Notes under the pieces: generated by a model
Database searches by the model: none
Told to the model about the DNA's origin: nothing
Seen by the model: the letters and a program-made list of their open reading frames with translations, nothing else
Position numbers and translations under genes: made by a program
From: Candidatus Micrarchaeota archaeon
Lineage (GTDB): Archaea > Micrarchaeota > Micrarchaeia > Micrarchaeales > CABMGC01
Direction: 5' to 3'
Assembly (NCBI GenBank): GCA_021850805.1
Contig: JAJZKO010000002.1
Coordinates: forward strand, 39,520-103,519
DNA: 64,000 bases
Part shown: positions 27,655-36,025 of the stretch, piece after piece
How the letters are laid out: the number at the start of each line of letters is the position of its first letter
Position numbering within the stretch: position 1 is the first letter of the stretch

Positions 27655-28530
27655 TCACATTTCCTCTTCTATAAGCCGAACGGTCTCCCTTGGCGTAGAT
27701 CCGAATGGTATTCCCGCCTTCTTGAATGCAGCGACCTTCTCTTCTATACTCCCGCCGCTTCCAGAGACTATTGCACCAGCATGGCCCATCTTCCTGCCCA
27801 TAGGCGCATACCTGCCTGCCATATATGCTACAACTGGCTTTTTTATCAATCCATCCAATACCATCGATGCTACTTCCTCCTCCTGCGAACCGCCTATCTC
27901 GCCTACGAGCAATATTGCTTTAGTATCACTATCTTCCTCGAAGAGCCTGCATATCTGCGAGAACCTCAAGCCCTGCACCGGATCTCCCCCAACTCCTACG
28001 CATGTGGATTCTCCAAGCCCTGCCTCAGACATTCGTGAAGCCATCTCATACATCAGCGTGCCGCTCCTTGAGGCTATCCCTATCTTTCCAGGAGAAAAAA
28101 CGGCATTAGGCACAAAGCCTATCTTAACCTTTAGCATGGGATCTATTATCCCTGCAGTATTAGGCCCTATAAGAACGGCTCCTGACCTTCTCGCAGCAGA
28201 GACCATCCGTACCTCGCTGTGCAACGGTATGTTTTCTGGAGGAGCCACAACCAGCTTTATCCCGGCGTTGAAGGCTTCAAGCGCCGCGTCGAGCGCAGCC
28301 GCAGGAGGCACAAAAAGAACAGAAGAATTTGCATCCGTAGCATCGACAGCTTCTGATACAGTATCGAATACCGGCACTCCATTGACATCCTTGCCTCCTG
28401 CACCAGGCCTCACCCCTCCTACTACGCGTGTGCCATACTCTAGCATGGTTATCGCATGCATGCTGCCTGCCCTGCCAGTTATACCCTGCACTATGACCTT
28501 CGTATCCTTATTTAGTATTATTCCCATCAA
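27655..28530 (-). CDS. succinyl-CoA synthetase alpha-subunit-like protein (CoA-binding, phosphohistidine subunit)
   Basis: 291 aa. It contains KVIVQGITGRAGSMH and GVPVFDTV, plus the phosphohistidine loop MGHAGAIVSG. It overlaps the beta-like gene by 4 nt. Confidence 0.8.
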   Translation of the reverse strand: MMGIILNKDTKVIVQGITGRAGSMHAITMLEYGTRVVGGVRPGAGGKDVNGVPVFDTVSEAVDATDANSSVLFVPPAAALDAALEAFNAGIKLVVAPPENIPLHSEVRMVSAARRSGAVLIGPNTAGIIDPMLKVKIGFVPNAVFSPGKIGIASRSGTLMYEMASRMSEAGLGESTCVGVGGDPVQGLRFSQICRLFEEDSDTKAILLVGEIGGSQEEEVASMVLDGLIKKPVVAYMAGRYAPMGRKMGHAGAIVSGSGGSIEEKVAAFKKAGIPFGSTPRETVRLIEEEM

Positions 28531-29597
28531 GCATCAACCGCCGCCTTCACCGCACTCTCCAGGTCTGCAAAATTACGTATGCCACACCTTAGCAGAACAT
28601 TCTCGCCGCTTCTAACCATGTTTCCAGCCATTCTGACGACAATCTTGAATCCTGGCTTCCTATCCTCTACAAATCTGCGCACGCCTTCCGCCATCTCGTC
28701 GCACCTGTTCAGCCCTGCAAATAGGTTCACCAGCATCGCCTTCATGGATCCGCGTTCGCTGAGAATGCAGCACGCTTCGTACAAGCCGTCCCCATCAACC
28801 TGCGCCAGGTCTAAGAAGTTCGCAGGTTTTCCACCGGCCATGCTTATCATATCCAGTGTGGCCATCGCAAGCCCTGCACCACTGCATACCAGACCTATAT
28901 CCCCGCCGATATCAACATAAGACCATCCCTTCTTCCACATCCTTGCTTCTATCCCATCCTTTACCTCATTGGTGCGTATCTGCGTACTATCAACCGATAT
29001 AACCGCATCAAGAGCTATCAGCTTCCCGCTGCGGTCCACCCCTGCAGGGTTTATCTCCACCGTCTCGGCGCCGTAATCACGGAATATCTTGTAAATTCCC
29101 ATAATAAGCCTGCCTGCCTCTTCCCTCTCGGCAATACCCGCTGCCTCTATAAGCCTGTGCGCTTCCTCAACACCAAACCCGTCATCAAGATCAAAATAGT
29201 GCCTTTCCAAGGAGGCCTTTCCATCCTCAACGTTGATGCCGCCATTACCGGCTATTGCAACTGCCTTCGCACTTGAGAAATCAAGCGAGAATGCGAAGTA
29301 ATATTCCTTAGAAGCATCCACGCGCTCCTCAATTATAAGGCTGTCTACAACATGCCCGTCCACGTTCAAACCTAGCATCCGTGCAGAGGCATCTGCAGCC
29401 TCATCCTCGGATGAGACAAAAGAGACAAGCCCGCGCTTTCCCCTTCCCTTTATCCCAATAGGTTTTATTACTGCACTACTTCCCAAAGCCCTGAATCTTT
29501 GAACTGCTTCTGCAACTGTGAATACCTCAAAGCCCATGGGAATGCGTATCCCTTCTTTCTTAAAAATCGCTTTTCCATCAGTCTCCTTTATATTCAC
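28527..29597 (-). CDS. succinyl-CoA synthetase beta-subunit-like ATP-grasp protein
   Basis: 356 aa. The N-terminus MNIKETDGKAIFKKEGIRIP...VIKPIGIKGRGKRG resembles the ATP-grasp domain of SucC/ADP-forming ligases. It is somewhat shorter than typical SucC. The substrate cannot be read from the sequence. Confidence 0.7.
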   Translation of the reverse strand: MNIKETDGKAIFKKEGIRIPMGFEVFTVAEAVQRFRALGSSAVIKPIGIKGRGKRGLVSFVSSEDEAADASARMLGLNVDGHVVDSLIIEERVDASKEYYFAFSLDFSSAKAVAIAGNGGINVEDGKASLERHYFDLDDGFGVEEAHRLIEAAGIAEREEAGRLIMGIYKIFRDYGAETVEINPAGVDRSGKLIALDAVISVDSTQIRTNEVKDGIEARMWKKGWSYVDIGGDIGLVCSGAGLAMATLDMISMAGGKPANFLDLAQVDGDGLYEACCILSERGSMKAMLVNLFAGLNRCDEMAEGVRRFVEDRKPGFKIVVRMAGNMVRSGENVLLRCGIRNFADLESAVKAAVDA

Positions 29598-29736
29598 CAG
29601 GCTTCACCCTACAGCGACATCAAGCATATTTGCTGCCAACGCGTATCTGACAGCATCAGATACATGCCCAAATCCCATATTTAATTAAGGATATGTGCAT
29701 CGTCATGTAACGTTGCATAGAAAATCTGCAGACAAG

Positions 29737-30774
29737 TCATACGCGGCCTTTCAGGAACGCTGCCCCTCCTCTCAGCGAGACGCTCACAGGTGTGCATTCA
29801 AATCCTTCCTTCCTAATACACCTGCAAGTTTCCTCATTGCATAGTATTATTGCCATTCCTCCTCCGCCGCCTCCGCTGAGCTTGGCTCCATACGCGCCGC
29901 AGGCCTTAGCGCAAGAGACTAGCCTGTCCAGACCATCGCTCGAGACCCCAAGCCTAACAAGTGCATCGTGATTTGCATACATCTCCTTGCCGACAGCATC
30001 AAAATCACCTACTCTAATCGCTTCTATGCCCCTCCTTGCACATGAGTCTATGCTATCAAACAGTCTCTCTGCATAAGGGGTATCATTTTCATGCAGCCTT
30101 GAGACTATTCCCACAGTCTCCGCTGTGCTCTTTTTAGGTCCTGTATCTACAATCGCAATGTCCATTCCTGCGCCGAGCTCTTCCCTGCGTACTCCGCTTC
30201 CCTTGCTGTAGCTTATGCATCCGCCGTAGAAAGAAGTGGGCACGTCTATCCTCCCGGCATTCTCATTTCTATGTATTATCCTGTCGCCGTCAAGCGCGCG
30301 CTCTATCACCTCGCCTTCAGTGTAAGAGCCTTCATAGAGATTTGCTGCAGCAACAGAGAGCGCAACAGAGCACGCAGCGCTGCTGGCCAGCCCCTTCTGC
30401 ACCGGTATCATAGAGCGTATCTCGAATCTTTTCGGGCCGATGCTGCCACCATCAGCACAGTACCTGCCAATGATAGTGGCGTAAGGCAGGAGCCTTGAAT
30501 CCACCCTTCGTTTAAAATTATCGACATACGCGTTTATCGAGTCACGTGCAGAATATTCCGATGCAATATCCAAGAGCTCTGCATCCGAGAATACTGTTTC
30601 CAATGAGAAATCCGGAAGGGATATGTGCACCTTGCCTTCATTGTCATTTGCATCTACCGAAACGCTTGAATACAAACTCACGGCTATCGCGGCAGAGAGC
30701 CTGCCATAAACTACTGCATGTTCACCAAACAGCTTGATTACGCCTGGAGCCTGCACAACGGCCAAAGGAACCAC
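29737..30774 (-). CDS. mvk: mevalonate kinase (GHMP kinase family)
   Basis: 345 aa. It contains APGVIKLFGEHAVVYG, the GHMP motif GLASSAA, and a C-terminal GAKLSGGGGGG. Confidence 0.8.
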   Translation of the reverse strand: MVPLAVVQAPGVIKLFGEHAVVYGRLSAAIAVSLYSSVSVDANDNEGKVHISLPDFSLETVFSDAELLDIASEYSARDSINAYVDNFKRRVDSRLLPYATIIGRYCADGGSIGPKRFEIRSMIPVQKGLASSAACSVALSVAAANLYEGSYTEGEVIERALDGDRIIHRNENAGRIDVPTSFYGGCISYSKGSGVRREELGAGMDIAIVDTGPKKSTAETVGIVSRLHENDTPYAERLFDSIDSCARRGIEAIRVGDFDAVGKEMYANHDALVRLGVSSDGLDRLVSCAKACGAYGAKLSGGGGGGMAIILCNEETCRCIRKEGFECTPVSVSLRGGAAFLKGRV

Positions 30775-30788
30775 CCGGAGGTGATTCC

Positions 30789-31313
30789 TTATTTCCTGGC
30801 TAACATTATATTTAGCTTTGCCTTTAGCCTGCCTGCTATCTCATCCAGCTCCTTGTTTCCCGAGGAGAAGCCTATGAGATCGACAGCAAAAGATGCAAAA
30901 TTAGCACGCTCATAAGTACCCATGCTGAACATATGCACACTAGACGCGCCCTCTTCTATGACTTTGATTAAGCTAATCTCTGCCTTGCGCAGGGAAGGCG
31001 AAACGGCAGAGCTATAGTTGCTCTTTTCCGTTTCTATCTTCTGGAAAAACTCTATCGCATATATCGGTGACATTCTTCCGGATTCGGAGAGCTCTTGCGC
31101 TCTTTTCATGGCAATGTCAAAGGTCTCCTCCCTGAGCCTTATGGACTTCTGATCATAGCCTCCGGTCTTCGACAATGCCCCTATCAATTTAAGCAACGCC
31201 AGCGCATCAGCCGAACAGGCAGTGTCCATCAACCTATTAAAATCCTCCTTCGGAGGGGATTTCAGATAAGGAGACTGTTGGATAAAACCATCCAATATAA
31301 CATCTCTTTTCAC
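30789..31313 (-). CDS. hypothetical protein (helical, no recognised motif)
   Basis: 174-aa ORF with no competing long ORF. It is divergent from the next hypothetical gene. Confidence 0.5.
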   Translation of the reverse strand: MKRDVILDGFIQQSPYLKSPPKEDFNRLMDTACSADALALLKLIGALSKTGGYDQKSIRLREETFDIAMKRAQELSESGRMSPIYAIEFFQKIETEKSNYSSAVSPSLRKAEISLIKVIEEGASSVHMFSMGTYERANFASFAVDLIGFSSGNKELDEIAGRLKAKLNIMLARK

Positions 31314-31445
31314 ATATTTATATCATCCCTAATCCTTATGGGTTAAATTTGCCACTCAAAAACATCAGCCAAGTACATGCGGTGAGTGCACCATCGGAGT
31401 TGATATCGAGTAAGCAGGCACATAAACACGAATTAATATGTTTCT

Positions 31446-32102
31446 GTGCAATTAAATTTCATGGACATGTGGCAGAGCTATGAGAAAAGGCGCTTGGCTA
31501 CTGATTTTGGGACCCGCCGCATCCTACTGTCCAGCGGAGAAAGGTGGAATGCCTCATTAAACCGGGTAGCGCCTAAAGCGGTGAGCCTTGAATCTAACGC
31601 AACAACCAAACTTAAATATACAGAGCAGGCAAGGTACATCATCGCCAAGGACATACTTGAAGATTTGCTGGTAACAGCATACGATGTAAACTCATTTTAC
31701 TGCTTTGCAGCAAGGATTACAGACGAGATGCCGCATAAGATAATCCGCGAACTAAACGCATTCAGGAAAGAGCTAAGGAACCCTAATGTGGAGATGAGGT
31801 TCATAGGCTTTCAGAATGGGGCAAGGAACCTTACCCAGCACATAGATTCCATAAAGAGGCTCAATATCGGCCATTCTGCAGAGTTTGACTTGTTTGGAGC
31901 AGACAGGAGGCATATAGTTATGGATACCAAGGTAGGCAAGCCCTATAATCTTCTTCTGCTAAACAGGCTATACCGCCCCGGGGAGCTATCTACAATAGTG
32001 TTAAAGCCGCAGCCGGCACCTTCGCCGCCCAGTTCCCAGCCGCCAAATTCCCCAAGGCAGCAGGACAAAGAAGCCCAGGCGCCGCCTACAAATAAAGCTT
32101 AA
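31446..32102 (+). CDS. hypothetical protein with proline-rich C-terminal tail
   Basis: 218 aa from GTG 31446 (ATG at 31461 is possible). The C-terminus is KPQPAPSPPSSQPPNSPRQQDKEAQAPP. I recognised no confident family. Confidence 0.5.
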   Translation: MQLNFMDMWQSYEKRRLATDFGTRRILLSSGERWNASLNRVAPKAVSLESNATTKLKYTEQARYIIAKDILEDLLVTAYDVNSFYCFAARITDEMPHKIIRELNAFRKELRNPNVEMRFIGFQNGARNLTQHIDSIKRLNIGHSAEFDLFGADRRHIVMDTKVGKPYNLLLLNRLYRPGELSTIVLKPQPAPSPPSSQPPNSPRQQDKEAQAPPTNKA

Positions 32103-32637
32103 AGCAGAAGACGTTGCTATAAACCGGACCTTCGCTATGGAGTTCGCTTTTCTTGATATAAAGCTTGTCCACCCTGAAGGTTCCGAATTCAGTATCCTTA
32201 TATGTCGATAACAGTGCATATATCTTATCCAAGCCCTCGAGGCTCTTTACCCTGCCAAGGGTCACATGCGGTACGAACTCCTCCTCATGCTTAACTTCTA
32301 TCCCATATGATTCCAGATATTTGCTGAAGTCCTCGTTTATCCTTCGTATGTTTTCCCCAGAATCATCTACATTCGCGTATACCACCCTGGGTATGCGCGT
32401 CCCGAAATAAGAGACGCCAGCGACACCTACTCCGAAGCTTTTTCGTAGCGATCCACTAGGCCTATAATTCTCGACAGACTTCAGGCTCTTATGTCCAAGA
32501 TCTCCTATAAACTGCACTGTTATGTGTATGTTCTCTTCCTTCACCGCAGAGAAGCCTTCAACATCAAATTCCTCGGCAACCCTGCTTAGCCTGGCCCTGA
32601 GTTCCACAGGAAGATCTATCGCAAGGAAAATCCTCAT
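32086..32637 (-). CDS. thpR: RNA 2',3'-cyclic phosphodiesterase / 2'-5' RNA ligase (2H phosphoesterase, LigT/ThpR)
   Basis: 183 aa with two HxT motifs (HITVQF and HVTLGR) at the spacing typical of the 2H superfamily. Confidence 0.8.
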   Translation of the reverse strand: MRIFLAIDLPVELRARLSRVAEEFDVEGFSAVKEENIHITVQFIGDLGHKSLKSVENYRPSGSLRKSFGVGVAGVSYFGTRIPRVVYANVDDSGENIRRINEDFSKYLESYGIEVKHEEEFVPHVTLGRVKSLEGLDKIYALLSTYKDTEFGTFRVDKLYIKKSELHSEGPVYSNVFCFKLYL

Positions 32638-32678
32638 AAAACCTTATAAATATTAAACAATTAAATACTGGTGTTTAT

Positions 32679-33008
32679 ATGGCCACTATAGCTCAATTCT
32701 CAGAAATTGATATAAGAGTTGGCCGCATAACAGAAGTTGAAGACCATCCCACAGCAAGGAAGCCGATGTACAAACTTTCCGTCGATTTTGGAGCAGATGT
32801 GGGGCGGAGGACGATAATAGCAGGAATAAAGGATTATTACAAGGGAGAGGAGCTTATAGGAAAGAAAGTAGTAGCCATAATAAATCTGGAGCCAAAAAGC
32901 ATAGCAGGTATAATATCAGAAGCAATGCTTCTCGCCGCGGAAGACGAATCTGCAGTCTCGTTGCTCACTACGGATAAAGAGATAAAGGAAGGAGGCAAAA
33001 TAAGATAA
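32679..33008 (+). CDS. stand-alone tRNA-binding domain protein (CsaA/Trbp111-like OB fold)
   Basis: 109 aa. The pattern IDIRVGRITEVEDHP.ARKPMYKLSVDFG....RTIIAGIKDYY..EELIGKKVVAIINLEPK is the pattern of the MetRS C-terminal/Trbp111 domain. Confidence 0.8.
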   Translation: MATIAQFSEIDIRVGRITEVEDHPTARKPMYKLSVDFGADVGRRTIIAGIKDYYKGEELIGKKVVAIINLEPKSIAGIISEAMLLAAEDESAVSLLTTDKEIKEGGKIR

Positions 33009-33019
33009 AGAGGTTTACC

Positions 33020-33604
33020 ATGCCGAAGACTAACCAGAAAACCGTAATAGGGATATGCGGCCTAGGCGGCGCAGGGAAAGATACTGCCATAAAAGAGATA
33101 TCAAAGATAAGAAAGATATCCGAGATACAGCTGAGAACGATAGTTGAAGACCAGCTCAAGCTCGAAGGCAAGGAGATCAACAACGAGAACCTGCGCCTCT
33201 GCGCTACAAAGCTCAGGGAGAAATACGGCCAGGATGTGATAGCCAAGAGGGCCGTGAAGAAGGTCAAGAAGATGCTTCTTGATACTGATTTCGTCATAAT
33301 AAACTCGATAAAATCCCTGGAAGAAGCAGACACATTCAGAAAGGGCCTCAAATCAAAGTTTATACTTCTATCTGTATATGCAAGCCCTAAGACGAGGTTC
33401 GGGAGGTTATCGAAGCGCGGTCTTGCATGGGACATGACTGATTACAAGAGCTTTGAATGGAGGGACAGGGTAGAGCTGAGCTGGGGCCTAGGCGGTGCAA
33501 TAGCCATGGCTGATTTTATAATATTAAACGAAGGAACAATAGCAGAGCTAAACAGGGACGTAATATCCCTTATAAAAAGAATGGAAAAACAAAAACGGCG
33601 CTGA
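33020..33604 (+). CDS. P-loop nucleotide/nucleoside kinase-like protein (dephospho-CoA-kinase-like, UPF0200-type)
   Basis: 194 aa. The Walker A motif is GICGLGGAGKDT. Size and layout fit small archaeal P-loop kinases. The substrate is unknown. Confidence 0.55.
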   Translation: MPKTNQKTVIGICGLGGAGKDTAIKEISKIRKISEIQLRTIVEDQLKLEGKEINNENLRLCATKLREKYGQDVIAKRAVKKVKKMLLDTDFVIINSIKSLEEADTFRKGLKSKFILLSVYASPKTRFGRLSKRGLAWDMTDYKSFEWRDRVELSWGLGGAIAMADFIILNEGTIAELNRDVISLIKRMEKQKRR

Positions 33605-33623
33605 GAGCATCAGGGAAGTGAAC

Positions 33624-33950
33624 CTACCCCCTCTGGTACACTACCCCCTCCTCCGCTCCACCTGTCATGCGCTTCATGTTGGCGCGAAGAACCAGGATCC
33701 CACTTTCCGTAAGGTGCAGAGGCCTTTCCTCTTCGCCTTTCTCAGTGAAATCCAGATGGCCCTCGCGCTTCAGTTTCTTCAGAGTATACCAAACCCCACT
33801 CACAGAAACTTCGTATTTTTCAGCGACAAGCTCTACGAACTCCGTAGCCGTAGGCATCTCACCCAGCCCGATCTCCGAGAGGATCGCTAACTCCTTCATG
33901 CTGAGGTGAGGAATTGTATAAACATTACTATCTCTATATAATAGTTGCAT
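33624..33950 (-). CDS. small winged-helix DNA-binding protein
   Basis: 108 aa. HTH-like segment TATEFVELVAEKYEVSVSGVWYTLKKLKREGHL. Confidence 0.55.
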   Translation of the reverse strand: MQLLYRDSNVYTIPHLSMKELAILSEIGLGEMPTATEFVELVAEKYEVSVSGVWYTLKKLKREGHLDFTEKGEEERPLHLTESGILVLRANMKRMTGGAEEGVVYQRG

Positions 33951-34154
33951 AAGAGCACCAAAAAAACTTTTTATTTTTTTATTCGCTCTTATGCAGCGGA
34001 TAATATATTGACTTGCCTATCAAGAAGAAGCAGTTCATTACTGTATTTACTGCTCCAGCTAGTACTACCGGCATTGTATTGGCGTCAAGCCCAACCCAAA
34101 CCGCACTACTAGCCTGCATACTAAACACAGTAATCTCTATTGTGGAGAGTCAGG

Positions 34155-34174
34155 TATTTAAATCTTTTCTACAA
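34155..34174 (+). promoter_or_regulatory. promoter-like element TATTTAAATCTTTTCTACAA (copy A)
   Basis: This is an exact 20-nt match to 60004-60023. The first 13 nt recur as TATTTAAACCTTT at 42173. The element begins with an archaeal TATA-like TTTAAAT. Confidence 0.45.
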
Positions 34175-34274
34175 ATGCGGCTCCAATCATAGTGCCATTG
34201 CAGGATACGTGCACGCAGATTCAAGGCACATAGAATATAAAGATTTGACGTGCATACCATAAGATGCAACCGCG

Positions 34275-35201
34275 GTGCATGGGCAACAGACCAATCTTCA
34301 GCATCGCATGCATACAAATCTGAAAAATGTGAATGACCATATGTTACCTGAATTCATACCTCTCTCGTTTCTTCTTGCAATATCAGTCATATATGCAGTA
34401 TTCGATGTCTTCAACAACCGCAACATACCAAATCTCTTCGTATACGTATGTCTTGCCGCAGGACTCATAATAACACTTACATATCCGTATCCTATTGCAA
34501 TAAACAGCATACTAATAGCATTCGTCATACTCTCCCTTGGCTACATACTATACAGAAGCGGCATACTCGGTGCAGGCGACGTCATGGAATTTGCTACGAT
34601 AAGCCTGATACTGCCACTTCAGGGCTCCGTAATACTTCATGTGCCGCAGCTTGGGCTTCCATTCATACTATCTGTATTCGTAGGCACTGGATATGCGGCA
34701 AGCATAGGCATACCAATATACTATGTCCTCATATCCGGTAAAAAAGCAGCCGGATTGAAGGCAAGAGCCGTACAGGCACACAGGAAAGCCACAGGAGTAG
34801 CGCTATTCGCCGCATACCTGGTGTTTGCCGCAATAATATATACTTATTCAAGCCTGACGCTATTGGGCGCAGTACTCATCCTTCTGATAGCCGTATCATC
34901 CTCTTCGATGATAATAATGGAGGATAAGATATATGCTGGAATGGTATCGCTGATAAGCACGTCCCAACTTCAGGAGGAAGACATGATAGCAACAAATATG
35001 CTGAGCAACAGCGAGAGGGCGTATTTCGAGAAAAAATATCCAAAATTTGGCAGGTTGGCCACAAGGAGCCTTATAAAAAGCATGAGATACGAGAAGAAGA
35101 AGATACCTGTCTACAAAAACGCAGCGCCTCTCTCACTCTTCATACTCATAGGCGTAATCGTCTCCTTGCTCCTAGGTAATCTCATCTTGCTGGTAATATA
35201 A
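34275..35201 (+). CDS. type IV prepilin/preflagellin peptidase (A24 family aspartyl protease)
   Basis: Polytopic membrane protein with the two catalytic Asp contexts AVFDVFNNRNIPN and GILGAGDVMEF. ATG at 34341 (MLPEF) is a likely alternative start. Confidence 0.75.
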   Translation: MHGQQTNLQHRMHTNLKNVNDHMLPEFIPLSFLLAISVIYAVFDVFNNRNIPNLFVYVCLAAGLIITLTYPYPIAINSILIAFVILSLGYILYRSGILGAGDVMEFATISLILPLQGSVILHVPQLGLPFILSVFVGTGYAASIGIPIYYVLISGKKAAGLKARAVQAHRKATGVALFAAYLVFAAIIYTYSSLTLLGAVLILLIAVSSSSMIIMEDKIYAGMVSLISTSQLQEEDMIATNMLSNSERAYFEKKYPKFGRLATRSLIKSMRYEKKKIPVYKNAAPLSLFILIGVIVSLLLGNLILLVI

Positions 35202-35220
35202 CGCACATATGTAGCTGCGG

Positions 35221-35964
35221 CTAATCAACTTCCGATAGAAATTCTGAAAGTACTTCGGCAACTTCGATATGATTTGTGTAATGCGGACTATGCCCTGCCC
35301 CATTTATAACATAAAGCCTGCTTCCAGGTATCCTTTCACTGAATAGCCTCCCATATGCCAACGGTATCCTCTTGTCTTCGGACCCCCATATTATAGCGGT
35401 CGGCTTCTTTATCATCGCAAGGGATCTGGAATCTAAGGTATCTGCAGATGTCAGCGAATCTAGGAAGCTATCCACAACCATCTTGTCTGATCCCAATACC
35501 CTCGAAGCCCTCACCAATTCTTCCTTGTTTGCCGCAGGGTCTCTACCCGACGCAAGCTCTGTCATGTACTCCTCAAGCCCCGCAGAATCCTCAAGTATCA
35601 GGCCAGAATATGCATTATTTCTTGCAGCATAGAGCGCGGCGACCCACCCTCCATAAGAATGCCCGAATACGAATGGAGCGCCTATCTTAAGCTTTCTTAT
35701 TGCCTCTTCAAGCATCAATACCTGCATATCTACGTCGTAGCTTCCTTCAGGCGCTGAAGTTTTTCCATGACCAAGAAGATCAAATAAATATATCTCAATC
35801 TCGTCCTCAAGATCCGCGACCAGCCTTGTCCATACTTTTGTGCTGCCGGACAAGCCGTGCAGGAATATTATCTTCTTTCCCGAGCCCGCATGGAGCCTGT
35901 AATGCACTTCCGCATGCTTTGTCTGAATATATTCATCAGAAAATGATTCATTGTAATCAGGCAT
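35221..35964 (-). CDS. alpha/beta-fold hydrolase
   Basis: 247 aa. It has the oxyanion region IIFLHGLSGS, the nucleophile elbow GHSYGG, and a C-terminal GAGHSPH. Confidence 0.8.
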   Translation of the reverse strand: MPDYNESFSDEYIQTKHAEVHYRLHAGSGKKIIFLHGLSGSTKVWTRLVADLEDEIEIYLFDLLGHGKTSAPEGSYDVDMQVLMLEEAIRKLKIGAPFVFGHSYGGWVAALYAARNNAYSGLILEDSAGLEEYMTELASGRDPAANKEELVRASRVLGSDKMVVDSFLDSLTSADTLDSRSLAMIKKPTAIIWGSEDKRIPLAYGRLFSERIPGSRLYVINGAGHSPHYTNHIEVAEVLSEFLSEVD

Positions 35965-36025
35965 AAACCTACTTTAAAAGAAAAATTTATAAAGAAAGAA
36001 GCACACATCTCTATTAGATGGTTCC

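Noticed and set aside
27722-28615. 297-aa ORF antisense to the sucD-like gene
   Set aside because: It is entirely antisense to a gene with clear family motifs. Its translation is Pro/Ser/Thr/Ala-rich low complexity, typical of the reverse frame of a Gly/Ala-rich protein.
33951-33990. AT-rich palindrome AAGAGC...A7...T7...GCTCTT directly upstream of the small wHTH gene, considered as a terminator or riboswitch
   Set aside because: It lies in a divergent promoter region and no convergent gene ends there. It is most simply an AT-rich promoter or operator sequence, and it is too short to support anything more.
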